DNA of 64,000 bases from a virus: positions 25,130 to 89,129 of the IMG/VR virus record IMGVR_UViG_3300033153_009650, one strand, 5' to 3'. Position numbers and translations under genes: made by a program. The notes below the pieces were generated by a model. The model was not told the DNA's origin, ran no database searches, and saw only the letters and a list, made by a program, of their open reading frames with translations. This document shows positions 1-9,880 of this stretch, piece after piece. Each line of letters begins with the position of its first letter. Positions within the stretch are counted from its first letter, which is position 1.

Positions 1-937
1 CGTGAGCCAAACGCTTTAATTCTTTACCATGTTCTTTTGGTCCCCAATCTGGTTGTATCGGAGGCAAGGAAATATCTTGCTTTGAAATTCTAAATTCACA
101 ACATTGTTTGGCTACTTTTATGGTATTCCTCATAGCAATTAAATATTCTGAACGAGAGAAATGATTTTGTTTTCTAAAAGCTTCTGCCATTTCGTCTGCT
201 GTCCGAAGATGCAATCCTTTGAAGTTAAATTTAAAACGATTTTCATCATCCCATTTTGCCTTGGTTTGTATAGCAAGAAGAACTTCCTGGACTTTCCATT
301 CATCCTCATTTATATAATGGCAGTCATTTGTAGCTATAAAGGGAATGTTTTTATATTCTTCAAGAAGACGATAAGCTTTTATGGTATCGTGAATTTCTTT
401 TTGAACTTCGATATTGTGAGGCATTATTTCAAAATATAAATCATCACAATATTGATGTAATTTGTAAAGAAATTCCGTTGCTCCTTCTAAATGAAGAAAT
501 GAACCTGCACAAGCTGTCATAATTACAAAATCCGATAGTTCGCATCCTAATAAATAATTATAATCGATTCTTGGAATAGTTCTCCCATACACACTTCTTG
601 CTCCAGTTAGATTGGCATAGGTGAGGAGCCGGCAGAGACTTTCAAATCCATTTTGATTTTTAACAAGGAGCGTTATATGTCCTCTTTTTTCTTTTTGAGG
701 TTTAATAGCTGCATTGGGAACGATATAAGCTTCACAGCCCAGTATTGGTTTAATACCTTGTTTATTACATTCCCTTTGGAAGTTGAGAAGGCCGTCGATG
801 TTACCATGATCTGTGCAAGCTAAAAATTTGAATCCTAATTCCTTGGCTTTTTTAACATAATTTTTTACTGTACCAAATCCATCTAACTGAGAATATTCAG
901 TATGTACATGAAGGTGAGCAAACGTTTTGTTTAGCAT
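1..937 (-). CDS. dnaE: DNA polymerase III alpha subunit (N-terminal PHP domain; runs off window)
   Basis: Not in ORF track; manual translation from ATG 937 gives MLNKTFAHLHVHTEYSQLDG...TDHGN...KPILGCEAY, the PHP motifs of DnaE. Confidence 0.93.
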   Translation of the reverse strand, partial: MLNKTFAHLHVHTEYSQLDGFGTVKNYVKKAKELGFKFLACTDHGNIDGLLNFQRECNKQGIKPILGCEAYIVPNAAIKPQKEKRGHITLLVKNQNGFESLCRLLTYANLTGARSVYGRTIPRIDYNYLLGCELSDFVIMTACAGSFLHLEGATEFLYKLHQYCDDLYFEIMPHNIEVQKEIHDTIKAYRLLEEYKNIPFIATNDCHYINEDEWKVQEVLLAIQTKAKWDDENRFKFNFKGLHLRTADEMAEAFRKQNHFSRSEYLIAMRNTIKVAKQCCEFRISKQDISLPPIQPDWGPKEHGKELKRLAH

Positions 938-974
938 ATATAATCCTCGTTTCTTTATTTCCTGAATTAACTTT

Positions 975-1328
975 TTATTTTTGTCTTCCTAAATTATAAT
1001 ATGGCTGTGTTAGAAAAATTTTCTTTCCAATAGATTTAGCATATCTTTTTTCTTTTTCAATGCCCCTTGATTGAGGCCAATATGGCAAATTAGCAATTAC
1101 CATCTCATCACACCAATCGATCCATAATCTATTGAGCTTTTCCCAATAATTAGAGCTGATTGGTAAGGATCCATATATTGCTATTGGATGAGAATGTGCA
1201 ATAGGGCAAAATACAGCATTTCCTTCGTTTATCAATTTTGCGGCTATTTTGCAGACCTCTTTAAATCTCTGTTCCCGTATGTTTGGATTTCTATGCGAAT
1301 ATGGACTTGCCAAATATATTTTTTTCAT
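975..1328 (-). CDS. DUF1937 / nucleoside 2-deoxyribosyltransferase-like protein
   Basis: IYLASPYS, FCPIAHSH, W..SRG...E motifs. Confidence 0.75.
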   Translation of the reverse strand: MKKIYLASPYSHRNPNIREQRFKEVCKIAAKLINEGNAVFCPIAHSHPIAIYGSLPISSNYWEKLNRLWIDWCDEMVIANLPYWPQSRGIEKEKRYAKSIGKKIFLTQPYYNLGRQK

Positions 1329-3631
1329 TATTTTGCCTGCGCGATATTAAATCCCCTATTTCTTTTTCCAACTGATTTCAAATTTCTTATTGCCACGTCA
1401 TAATATCCTTTCTTGAGCTCGCATCCCTTGAATTTCCGTTCAAGTTTTAAAGCAACATATCCCGTTGAACCAATTCCTGCGAACGGGTCATATATAATAT
1501 CCCCTGGATTGCTCCATAATTTGATCGCCCTTTCGATTACCCCAAGTTGCAAAGGGGCCAAATGTTTTTCGTCTTTGTTATTCTTTGCATCTCGATAATT
1601 TCTCAAAACATCTGTTTGTCTTATACCACCAGGATATTGAGGAGTTTGTCTATACCAAACAGGAGCAGCCCACTCAATCCACTCTTCTTGAGTAATCCAT
1701 CCTTGTTCTTTATTTTTTCCTGCTTTTATAGGATTAATATTTTCTCCAGGCTTTCTGAATTGTAATAAGTAATCCGCTAAGGCACAATGCAAATGAGAAG
1801 CGTCAGATCTCAATGTTTTAAAAAGCAAGCCCCTATCTTTAGTCCTGATAGCTGTTACTTGAGGATTCTTATCGATGCAAACTTCTCCATAATAAATCCA
1901 ACCTTCTTTTTCCATCATTTGTATCACTTTACCTCGGAAATCCTTAATACCAATATACCCATCTCTACTTTGAAAAGCAACTCCTTGGCATAGATGGATA
2001 CAACAATGACGACCAGGCATAGTAATTCTCAAGAGATGATCTTTATTAATGACAAATCGGAATTGCTCAATTAACTCCTCAATAGATTTTGTATTACCAA
2101 TATCATGTTGGCTATTGGTATATACATACATTCCAGGAAACGGAGGACTGAAAACAGATAGCCCAATCGAATCCGTCTTAATATTTTTCATTGTCAACAC
2201 ACTATCTCCCAATTGTAATTCCCACCCTTCCCTTTTCTTGATTTTTTCCATGTAAATCATTTCCTCTCTTTTTGTTCCAAGCTGTCCTGACAGATTCATA
2301 TTTAAGATTAACTCATTAAACATTTTTGTAGAATCTTTTTCCTTTCGTTTGATATTCTTTACCACTCCCCCTTCAATTTCCGTAGTAATAACATAAACAT
2401 TTACAGGATGCTTTTGACCAAATCGCCAGCATCTCCTCATCGCTTGATAAAACTTTTCATAAGAATCGCTTAATCCGACAAATGCCATATTGTGACAAGA
2501 TTGAAAATTCATTCCAAATCCAGCAATAGAAGGCTTTGTCACAAGACATTTGATTTTTCCATCCTGAAAATCAAGTAGCGACTGTTCCTTATGTTGTGAT
2601 GAATCAGATCCTTTAACTTCTACCGAGTTATTAATCTGCTTGGAAAGTAAATTTGACTCTTTATTAAGATCGCACCAAATTAACCATGTTTCATTTGATT
2701 TGTTTATTATTTCAGAACATAGTTCGATTCTACTTTCAATACTATTTTGTCTTGCAATTTGTCTGTCCCTCAAACCTCTTGCCTCAGTCGCAAATAATTC
2801 TCCTGGTTTGATATCTCTGTTTGTTGCAGGAATTGTTTTTTGAATTATCCTTAATTCCGGCAAGATAAATCCATCGTTGTCATAGCCTAAATCAGAAGGA
2901 GAACGCAGGGCTACAGACCACGATGCAAGCCACTTCCAAAATGCTTGTTTTGCATGGCCTTTGAGAACCCATTTTTGGACCATATCCTGAGCCCGATTGG
3001 TAAAGAATAACGATTTAATCTCTTTCTCTGTCATTATCCCAAGGAACTCGGCATGATTGATTATTTCAAGCAGATCATTTGGCGCTGGGGTAGCCGTACA
3101 AGCGAATCGAAAAGGAACTTGAGAACCAAACTCTGTAATTGCCTTTCTGAATTTGCCATCAAATCCCTTCAAAATTGAACTCTCGTCCAATACAATCCCT
3201 CCGAGATTATCAGAATTGAAATTCTTCAACATTTCATAGTTAGTAATATTGATTCCCTTTTTAATATTAGCTTGCCTACGACAAATATTCACAGGGACAT
3301 GGAATTTTATTCCTTCTCTTTGTGTCTGCTTTGACACGGCAAGAGGAGCGAATATCAAGACTGGAAGTTTGGTTTTTTTCACAACATGGTTTGCCCAATC
3401 CAACTGGATAGGGGTCTTGCCCAATCCACAATCCGCAAAACAGGCAGAGCGGCCTCTCATCAATGCCCATTTTGTGATATCTTTTTGAAAGTTAAACAAC
3501 ATCGGATTCAACTTATTGGAAGAAAGTCGAAATCCCGAGTTGATATCCTCTATAGTTTTCTGTTCGAGAAATTTTTGGTATTTAAGATCTTCCATTTTTT
3601 GATTTTTTGATTGGTTAGTAAAATTCTCCAA
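1328..3631 (-). CDS. SNF2-type helicase fused to N4/N6 DNA methyltransferase (start may be ATG 3595)
   Basis: DCGLGKT, LDESS, TATP, QAMRRCWRFGQ helicase motifs; C-terminal SPPF and DPFAGIGSTG MTase motifs in beta-class order. Confidence 0.9.
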   Translation of the reverse strand: MENFTNQSKNQKMEDLKYQKFLEQKTIEDINSGFRLSSNKLNPMLFNFQKDITKWALMRGRSACFADCGLGKTPIQLDWANHVVKKTKLPVLIFAPLAVSKQTQREGIKFHVPVNICRRQANIKKGINITNYEMLKNFNSDNLGGIVLDESSILKGFDGKFRKAITEFGSQVPFRFACTATPAPNDLLEIINHAEFLGIMTEKEIKSLFFTNRAQDMVQKWVLKGHAKQAFWKWLASWSVALRSPSDLGYDNDGFILPELRIIQKTIPATNRDIKPGELFATEARGLRDRQIARQNSIESRIELCSEIINKSNETWLIWCDLNKESNLLSKQINNSVEVKGSDSSQHKEQSLLDFQDGKIKCLVTKPSIAGFGMNFQSCHNMAFVGLSDSYEKFYQAMRRCWRFGQKHPVNVYVITTEIEGGVVKNIKRKEKDSTKMFNELILNMNLSGQLGTKREEMIYMEKIKKREGWELQLGDSVLTMKNIKTDSIGLSVFSPPFPGMYVYTNSQHDIGNTKSIEELIEQFRFVINKDHLLRITMPGRHCCIHLCQGVAFQSRDGYIGIKDFRGKVIQMMEKEGWIYYGEVCIDKNPQVTAIRTKDRGLLFKTLRSDASHLHCALADYLLQFRKPGENINPIKAGKNKEQGWITQEEWIEWAAPVWYRQTPQYPGGIRQTDVLRNYRDAKNNKDEKHLAPLQLGVIERAIKLWSNPGDIIYDPFAGIGSTGYVALKLERKFKGCELKKGYYDVAIRNLKSVGKRNRGFNIAQAK

Positions 3632-3717
3632 AACGATTCGAGGTTATGTCTGACTTTGGGAAGTCTTTTGTAAGAGACGGTTTCTCTCATAATGGTATCT
3701 GCAAAATAAATTTTCAT
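3550..3717 (-). CDS. 55-aa micro-protein A, resembles N-terminal segment of DpdA/TGT-like barrel
   Basis: MKIYFADTIMRETVSYKRLPKVRHNLESFWRILL...; ATG overlaps clamp stop (ATGA); below ORF-track cutoff. Confidence 0.7.
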   Translation of the reverse strand: MKIYFADTIMRETVSYKRLPKVRHNLESFWRILLTNQKIKKWKILNTKNFSNRKL

Positions 3718-4712
3718 TTAGAAGCCAAAGAAATAACATGTTGAAAATTATCGCCTTCAAAAAGAAGAGACATTTCTCCAATGGTAACTTCTTTGAGTCT
3801 ATTCAAAATTTCTCTAAGAAATACCGGATGTATGAAAAGTTTAATTTCTTCTCCTGTGTATCTAATACGATGTTCTTCTTCAATAAAACCAAGAGGACCT
3901 TGCCCTTTACATATTAAAGTTGATTTTTTAAGAGTCAAGGAAATGATCAAATCCTGTTCAAATTCTGTTTTGGCCAGAATTTCTGCCCTATCAATAGATT
4001 CGGCAAGACTGACAGGGAATTTTACTTTCTCTCCTTCCACTTTCAAAAAAGATTCTATATCAGGATATTCAACATCCATGATTCGAGTACTGAAGATTGT
4101 TTTTTCTTCATTAATAAAATGAAGCCATTCCTTTTGTAGAGAATATTTTATTGGAGAATAGTTGATAAGATGAGTGGCTGCATTCCCCGGGAGAAAAAAT
4201 TCTTTTTTAATGGACTGATTCATAATTCTTTTTGTAATCCGAAATTTATCAGTAGATAAAATTTTGTTTTTAATAATTCTAAGATTAGTAAGTTCCGGTC
4301 TGGTCATATCTTTACTCACGGAAAACAAACAGAACTTAACTGCATTGGAAAAATCATCTGATAAAGGAAGCCATGTTTGAATATCATCGAAGAAAAGAGG
4401 AAGCTTGTGTTCTTGTGTAATATTGATATGGGCTTTGCTTCTCTTTCCTTTAATAATAAATTTATCTTCTTCCATTTGAATGTCTAATTCTTCGTCAGGT
4501 AATTTACTGATTAAAGCAAAAAATTCATTGGCTTTGACTGCCCCTTGTAATCCTGTCTTCATCATTTGTAGAATAGAAATTTGATCATTGTAAGTTTGGA
4601 TTGTCGTTTCATTGAAAACAAAATGAGTCGTGAATTCAATGATTTCTTTATTTGCCAATCCAGGTTTAACTTTAACCAAAGCTTCTACTAACTCTTGTCT
4701 ATTAATTTTCAT
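3714..4712 (-). CDS. dnaN: DNA polymerase III beta sliding clamp
   Basis: 332 aa; SKDMTRPEL, STDKFRI, YPDIE motifs; near dnaE. Confidence 0.85.
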   Translation of the reverse strand: MKINRQELVEALVKVKPGLANKEIIEFTTHFVFNETTIQTYNDQISILQMMKTGLQGAVKANEFFALISKLPDEELDIQMEEDKFIIKGKRSKAHINITQEHKLPLFFDDIQTWLPLSDDFSNAVKFCLFSVSKDMTRPELTNLRIIKNKILSTDKFRITKRIMNQSIKKEFFLPGNAATHLINYSPIKYSLQKEWLHFINEEKTIFSTRIMDVEYPDIESFLKVEGEKVKFPVSLAESIDRAEILAKTEFEQDLIISLTLKKSTLICKGQGPLGFIEEEHRIRYTGEEIKLFIHPVFLREILNRLKEVTIGEMSLLFEGDNFQHVISLASK

Positions 4713-4851
4713 AATGTCTCCTTTTTAATTTTTTTAATCCACATTATTAATGATTCTTTCTGAAAAGCCAGTTCCTCAATAACATAGTAAAATGAAATAA
4801 GCCGTTTATGAATATAATATATAATTCTGTTCCCGCAAAGTATATTTTCAT
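4709..4851 (-). pseudogene. micro-gene B (frameshifted), same family as A
   Basis: MKIYFAG.. then -1 frame HKRLISFYYVIEELAFQKESLIMWIKKIKKETL*; both ends are ATGA-coupled; 143 nt. Confidence 0.6.
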
Positions 4852-5000
4852 TTTTTAGTCATGTATTTCTTAATTTCCTGATTAATATTTTCCCTTTTAC
4901 TTAGGAAATAATATGAAAGTAATCTGTTATAAGCTTTAAGTTTATTTAATGCTTCCTCTTGGCTTTTTTCTTCCAACCAGGTAGCAAGAATAATTTTCAT
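4848..5000 (-). CDS. 50-aa micro-protein C, same family as A
   Basis: MKIILATWLEEKSQEEALNKLKAYNRLLSYYFL...; ATGA overlap with DpdA-like stop. Confidence 0.72.
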   Translation of the reverse strand: MKIILATWLEEKSQEEALNKLKAYNRLLSYYFLSKRENINQEIKKYMTKK

Positions 5001-5944
5001 ATCTCAAAACCTCCTGATGGTCTTTTTTTGAAGGGCCAAGGCCATTCTGGCATTGATTTTTCCAAGTCCAAAAAATAAATAATATTTAATTCATCTCTTT
5101 GTTTATAATCATTACTAAGTCCTGGTTCAATCACTGTTTCAACTATTTTGTCCTTTGACCAGCCAAAAGTGACTCTTCCATCCTTGAGCCCATGAATTCC
5201 TCTTTGGGCATCAGCATCTTGTTTACCAAACCATCTTTCTCCATCCTTGAGTTTATAATTATTATCTACCTTTTTCAAATCTGACTTTCCTAATTTATAT
5301 CCTTTTTCCTCGAAGTATTGAAAAATGATGTCCTGCTGTTTAGGAGAAAAAGTATTAAAATGTTTATTTACTTCTTTTTGGGAAGGAGACTTACTTGATA
5401 TAGCTACCTTCCAGGAATCCTCATCATAAATCCATTCTCCTTGTTTATATTTTGGAATGTAAATTGATCCTGTTCGACTTGTCATTACCCAGGACGTACT
5501 GTCTACACTGTACCAGGGATATCTAAGCATAAGTTTGAGAGAAGTTAAACCAAAGCCATGTATTTTATGAGTAGGTAAATAAGAATTGCTTTCAGGACAT
5601 ATTATAGAAAAGATGTAATCGTAAAATCTTGCCCTGACTGGAGTAGCTACTAAAGCGGCTCCTCCTAAACCAAAATATTCATATTCCAAAACTTTTCGTA
5701 AATATTTTTCATCTTCTTTAAAGTGATAAACTGGTAAGGGAGAGAGTCCTTGTCTTTCCATCTCTTTTTGATTTTCCCAAGTTTTTTCGGGACTGTTTAA
5801 ATCATCAAGATTAACATACACTTCTAAATATTGTTTATGCTCATAAATAAAATCTATATACTTTTGCAAAGAAATTTTTGCTCCTTTACTCCATGCACTG
5901 TAAGCCCCAGAGTCAAGAAATAAGTTTATTTTTTCCTTTCTCAT
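4997..5944 (-). CDS. DpdA/TGT-like guanine transglycosylase (apparently N-terminally truncated barrel)
   Basis: LFLDSGAYS, VNLDD, PVYH, GLGG, IHGFG, YSVDSTSW motifs; lies in que gene cluster. Confidence 0.85.
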   Translation of the reverse strand: MRKEKINLFLDSGAYSAWSKGAKISLQKYIDFIYEHKQYLEVYVNLDDLNSPEKTWENQKEMERQGLSPLPVYHFKEDEKYLRKVLEYEYFGLGGAALVATPVRARFYDYIFSIICPESNSYLPTHKIHGFGLTSLKLMLRYPWYSVDSTSWVMTSRTGSIYIPKYKQGEWIYDEDSWKVAISSKSPSQKEVNKHFNTFSPKQQDIIFQYFEEKGYKLGKSDLKKVDNNYKLKDGERWFGKQDADAQRGIHGLKDGRVTFGWSKDKIVETVIEPGLSNDYKQRDELNIIYFLDLEKSMPEWPWPFKKRPSGGFEI

Positions 5945-5958
5945 AATGGTCTCCTCAA

Positions 5959-6636
5959 CTATATTTTTTCAAGAATGACATATATCCAATTTTGGGGTGC
6001 TTTGAAATATCTGATAATTTTAAAACCAAAGTCCTTTGTTAAAATTTCAAAGGCTTTTCTTGTTAACATACAAGTATGCTCAAGATGATAAAACATTGGT
6101 ATATGGGCATCAAATGAATCCCCATCGTTTGTGCTTATAAAGAATCTACCACCAAGTGTCAACATCTTATAAATAAGTCCAAAGGTTTCTCTAATGTCAT
6201 TTATGTGCTCAACAACATCTACTAAGAAGACATTGAGATAAAAAAGATTCCTTCTATAACTCTCAATTGAACCTATGTATTTACTAATATTACAATCTGA
6301 ATATTCCATTCTCAATAAATCTTTTATTTCCGAGTAAAAGACCCTATATTTGGAATCTACTTTTCTTCTAACTAAGTAAGTAAAATCACCGTCCGCTGCT
6401 CCAAACTCTATTGAGTCCCCATTAAGAATATAATCCTCGAACCAAGCATATCTGGCTCTTTGATGTAATTTTAATCCCTCATCCCCTTTATACCAATAGT
6501 CAGATTCATGATAAAACTCTATATTTACATTAGTAGATCGAAAGGTACAACCACAGTTAGTACATTTCAAAATACCTTGTGGATAGATTAAATTTTTACA
6601 TGATCCAGAACCACATATCTTACATCTTATATTCAT
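5959..6636 (-). CDS. class I SAM methyltransferase with N-terminal Zn finger
   Basis: CxxC..CxxC, EFGAADG, DVVEH, L..GG.F. Confidence 0.8.
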   Translation of the reverse strand: MNIRCKICGSGSCKNLIYPQGILKCTNCGCTFRSTNVNIEFYHESDYWYKGDEGLKLHQRARYAWFEDYILNGDSIEFGAADGDFTYLVRRKVDSKYRVFYSEIKDLLRMEYSDCNISKYIGSIESYRRNLFYLNVFLVDVVEHINDIRETFGLIYKMLTLGGRFFISTNDGDSFDAHIPMFYHLEHTCMLTRKAFEILTKDFGFKIIRYFKAPQNWIYVILEKI

Positions 6637-7268
6637 ATCTTCTCCAGGCTTTTACAATAAGATAAGGTTTTTTCACAATTACAAATTAAATCATTATCCA
6701 CAAAACCACTTAGTTTTATTTTTCCATCAAATTCAGGTAAATTACAACAATATTTTTCATGTATTCTAATCAAGGTTATATAAGTTAGTAATGGAATATT
6801 ACAAAGGCACTTTCCACATTTAGGACAAGGCATTATTCCACATTTAGGACAATCCATTACAGAAATATCAATTTGAAAACCACAGAAGAAACAAGGATGT
6901 TTTTCGTCCGGAGAAATAAATCCATGTTTAAATCTCCAACATGAGTTATGAAAGTTGTAACTTAAATATTTTTCAAGATCTTCAGGAATTGTTGGAATGG
7001 CTTTATCATCAATCATTACATTACATACTGGTTTTCTTCCATACATTATATTAGTGTATTTTACATTGTATTTTACTAACCATTCCTCAGTCATTTGTTT
7101 ATCTTCAACATATCGGGCAGTAAAGAGAGTAATCATGTGTCCTAAGTCCACAAGTCGATTAATCTTACCTATTGCCTTAAAGTTAGGGGTCCTGTAAGGA
7201 TAATAATCTTTTCCCCATCCTTCTGACTCTAAAGTTAATACTCCATCAATGTCAACTAAGATAAGCAT
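6633..7268 (-). CDS. HAD-family phosphatase with Cys-rich C-terminal domain
   Basis: VDIDGVL, FTAR, KP, IDDK motifs; repeated CPKC. Confidence 0.8.
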   Translation of the reverse strand: MLILVDIDGVLTLESEGWGKDYYPYRTPNFKAIGKINRLVDLGHMITLFTARYVEDKQMTEEWLVKYNVKYTNIMYGRKPVCNVMIDDKAIPTIPEDLEKYLSYNFHNSCWRFKHGFISPDEKHPCFFCGFQIDISVMDCPKCGIMPCPKCGKCLCNIPLLTYITLIRIHEKYCCNLPEFDGKIKLSGFVDNDLICNCEKTLSYCKSLEKI

Positions 7269-7848
7269 CTATTTCCCACCATTTTTCACCTCTTGGATTT
7301 TCCATCCAAATATAAACATGATTATTTTTAATTTTATTAACACGTCTATAGTCCACTGAATTTAACTTTTTATTAGAACATCCCCATTTGTGATTTGCGA
7401 GATTATTGATATCTTTATAATCGTTATTTTTTTTTGGTTTTGGAAATCCTACAATAATTACTTTACCATATAATTTCAATTTATCTAAACATTTGAGAGC
7501 ATCTTTCTCTCTCAAATGTTCAAAAATTTGCTGACCTAAAATAATATCAAACTTCTGGTTAAAACAACGCTTCCTTAGAATATAATCTACAACATCTATT
7601 TTATAAATCTCATTATAAATCTCATTATTTAGTTGGTCAAATCTTTTGAAGCTTCCAAGATCAATACCAACCAACTGTATGTTCCAACCATAGACCATTC
7701 TCATTAGACTACCATATAATCCTTTGCCACATCCAATATCTAAAAAAGAAAAAGCTTTATAATTTAAACCGATCATATAGTCTATTAATCCAAATAATTC
7801 ACTCACTTGTTTTATATTACTAACGCCGTGTCCAAAAGGTCTTCCCAT
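7252..7848 (-). CDS. class I SAM methyltransferase
   Basis: LDIGCGKG, FDII, FEHL. Confidence 0.8.
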   Translation of the reverse strand: MGRPFGHGVSNIKQVSELFGLIDYMIGLNYKAFSFLDIGCGKGLYGSLMRMVYGWNIQLVGIDLGSFKRFDQLNNEIYNEIYKIDVVDYILRKRCFNQKFDIILGQQIFEHLREKDALKCLDKLKLYGKVIIVGFPKPKKNNDYKDINNLANHKWGCSNKKLNSVDYRRVNKIKNNHVYIWMENPRGEKWWEIDAYLS

Positions 7849-7860
7849 GTGTTCTCCTTT

Positions 7861-8514
7861 TTAAGTGAGATAGGCATCCACTTCTCTTATAATTGCTACA
7901 TTCCTCTCTGGTAAGTATTGTCCTTTTTTAGCCGCTTGATAATAATTTAACATTAGTATTCGATCTACAAATTCAATATCAACTCCATGACTTCGGAGGA
8001 CAGTCCATTTTCTAAAACAAGAAGGACAAGCTCCACAATAATTACTTACTTCAGTTGATGAGTAACAAGAAATGGTATCGAGTAATAATTCCGGCTTACC
8101 AACATTCTTTATAAACCACTTGACAACTTCCGCTTTCGACATTAGCCAGAACGGACTGAATACTAAAATACCTGGGTTCATAATAGATAGTAGCCGACTA
8201 AATTCTTTAAAGATAAATTCATTTTTGTCTGATACGACATCATCTTTAACTCCAGCAATACAAATCTCTTGATCATACTTCACTGCAAGCATTGCTAAAT
8301 ACAAGTTTCTAAAAGGGATGTACGCTTTTGAACCGACCTGTCTACTGTTAAGATTAAGTGTATTGTCGATAATTGTATCAGGTATCAGTTTTTTAATTAC
8401 CCGTAACTCTCTATGAGTATAGGGAGTTCCTAAATCGAAATAAACAGTTTGAGGTTTATTTAAATAATGATAAGCAACAAAGGAGTCTATACCACCAGAA
8501 AACAGTAAAATCAT
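7861..8514 (-). CDS. queC: 7-cyano-7-deazaguanine synthase-like
   Basis: SGGIDS PP-loop, IPFRN, SCY...CGACPSC. Confidence 0.85.
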   Translation of the reverse strand: MILLFSGGIDSFVAYHYLNKPQTVYFDLGTPYTHRELRVIKKLIPDTIIDNTLNLNSRQVGSKAYIPFRNLYLAMLAVKYDQEICIAGVKDDVVSDKNEFIFKEFSRLLSIMNPGILVFSPFWLMSKAEVVKWFIKNVGKPELLLDTISCYSSTEVSNYCGACPSCFRKWTVLRSHGVDIEFVDRILMLNYYQAAKKGQYLPERNVAIIREVDAYLT

Positions 8515-8523
8515 TTTATCTCC

Positions 8524-8865
8524 TTATTTTTGTTTTTCATTACAAAATTTTTTGTATCCAACTACAGAAAAAATATTAATTCTATCTTGCATATGTTCTT
8601 TAGAATTTTTTCCTACTCGTTCCTCGGAATGCCAGTAATCACCGAAAACTTCTATAATAAGTTTTCTTCCATTTACATTTACAAAGTCTGGACATTTGCC
8701 TCGAATGATAAGACTTCCATCTCCGGCATATTTCCACTCGTTTGGAAAGTTTTCTTTATATTGGGCTATGGAAATATTATGTTTGAATAATAGATGTTTG
8801 TTAGAAATTACTTTGTATTTTTTCTTACATAATTGACAAATTACATAATCTTTATTTTCTATCAC
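8524..8865 (-). CDS. shortened homing-endonuclease-like protein (Zn finger plus Vsr/DUF559-like nuclease remnant)
   Basis: CQLC..HL..KH.....YK..FP joined directly to PDF...IIEVFGDYWH. Confidence 0.6.
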   Translation of the reverse strand: MIENKDYVICQLCKKKYKVISNKHLLFKHNISIAQYKENFPNEWKYAGDGSLIIRGKCPDFVNVNGRKLIIEVFGDYWHSEERVGKNSKEHMQDRINIFSVVGYKKFCNEKQK

Positions 8866-9880
8866 TTGAATAATCTCCTATATGTACATAACTATCGAAT
8901 GGTAGTTTCCCAGCCTTGATATAATGGGCATCAATATGTGTCCCCCATAAACAGCCAGGACAATTTTCCTTTACAATAGGTTTCCATATGTCTTGAAATT
9001 CTTGCCAGCGATTGTACAACTCAGTTACACAAATTTTTTTACCCGATCCAAGATCAGGTTGAAAGTCATCGCAAGGGTAAACAAAGCCATCACAATCTAC
9101 AGTAACCCATGAAGGAAATTCCTTATAATTAGCACAATTCCATGAGTAGTCTGTTAGTAGATTAGGATTGTCCCTTAATAAGTCAATGAACAGCCTACTT
9201 GTATGACATAATTCTCCCTGTTCCTTTAATTCGTATAACTCATTTAAGAAGGAGATAAACTGAACTATGTCTTCATTACGGAAAAGTAGTTCTTGCATTT
9301 CTGGATAATTTTTGCATTTGCTTCCAGGCTGTCCCCTATCCTGATGTATAAGGTCAAAAAAACTCCAGATTTTTTTCTGACTCATTTTTTTCACTGAATC
9401 AATAAATAGTTTATAGTTATTTCTTGTCAATGTTGTAATAGCCGCAACATCCCGAACTCGCCCTAACTGGAGAAATTGAGTTAAGGCGGGAACGGCGAGA
9501 TCGTTTTTGAGAGAACTTGATTTGTCTATTCCTTCAATATCAAAACTCATTGATAAAGATTTTGCCCCAGACAAATAAAGTTGTTCTACCTTGTTCCAAA
9601 AATTAGGTACCATTCCTGAAGTTATAACAGTTGTATGAATTCCTAAAGATTCGGTATATCCTACAACTTCTGGTAATTTTTCAAAATCGTATAAAGGCTC
9701 AGCCCCATAGAATGCAATGAATCCACATCCTATTTTTTTCAAATTATCAATTCCTTTTAACCAACTTTCACAAGATAGGGAATTACTTTTTCCAGTAACC
9801 ATCCCACAATAACTACATCTAAGAGGACAGATTCTGGTCCATAAAATTTCAGCTTTTACTATTTCCATTATCTGGTCCAC
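8852..9880 (-). CDS. radical SAM protein with C-terminal SPASM/twitch-like cysteines
   Basis: CPLRCSYC, YGAEP, DG.VYPC, CPGC. Confidence 0.88.
   Translation of the reverse strand: MDQIMEIVKAEILWTRICPLRCSYCGMVTGKSNSLSCESWLKGIDNLKKIGCGFIAFYGAEPLYDFEKLPEVVGYTESLGIHTTVITSGMVPNFWNKVEQLYLSGAKSLSMSFDIEGIDKSSSLKNDLAVPALTQFLQLGRVRDVAAITTLTRNNYKLFIDSVKKMSQKKIWSFFDLIHQDRGQPGSKCKNYPEMQELLFRNEDIVQFISFLNELYELKEQGELCHTSRLFIDLLRDNPNLLTDYSWNCANYKEFPSWVTVDCDGFVYPCDDFQPDLGSGKKICVTELYNRWQEFQDIWKPIVKENCPGCLWGTHIDAHYIKAGKLPFDSYVHIGDYSSDRK

Noticed and set aside
975-1328. Fifth member of the MKIYxA micro-gene family
   Set aside because: MKKIYLASPYS start belongs to a complete DUF1937-like domain and lacks the LxS(Y/F)(Y/W) motif.
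161-3610. Plus-strand ORFs in the left arm, and similar short antisense ORFs elsewhere in the track
   Set aside because: They overlap well-supported opposite-strand genes and lack RBSs or motifs.
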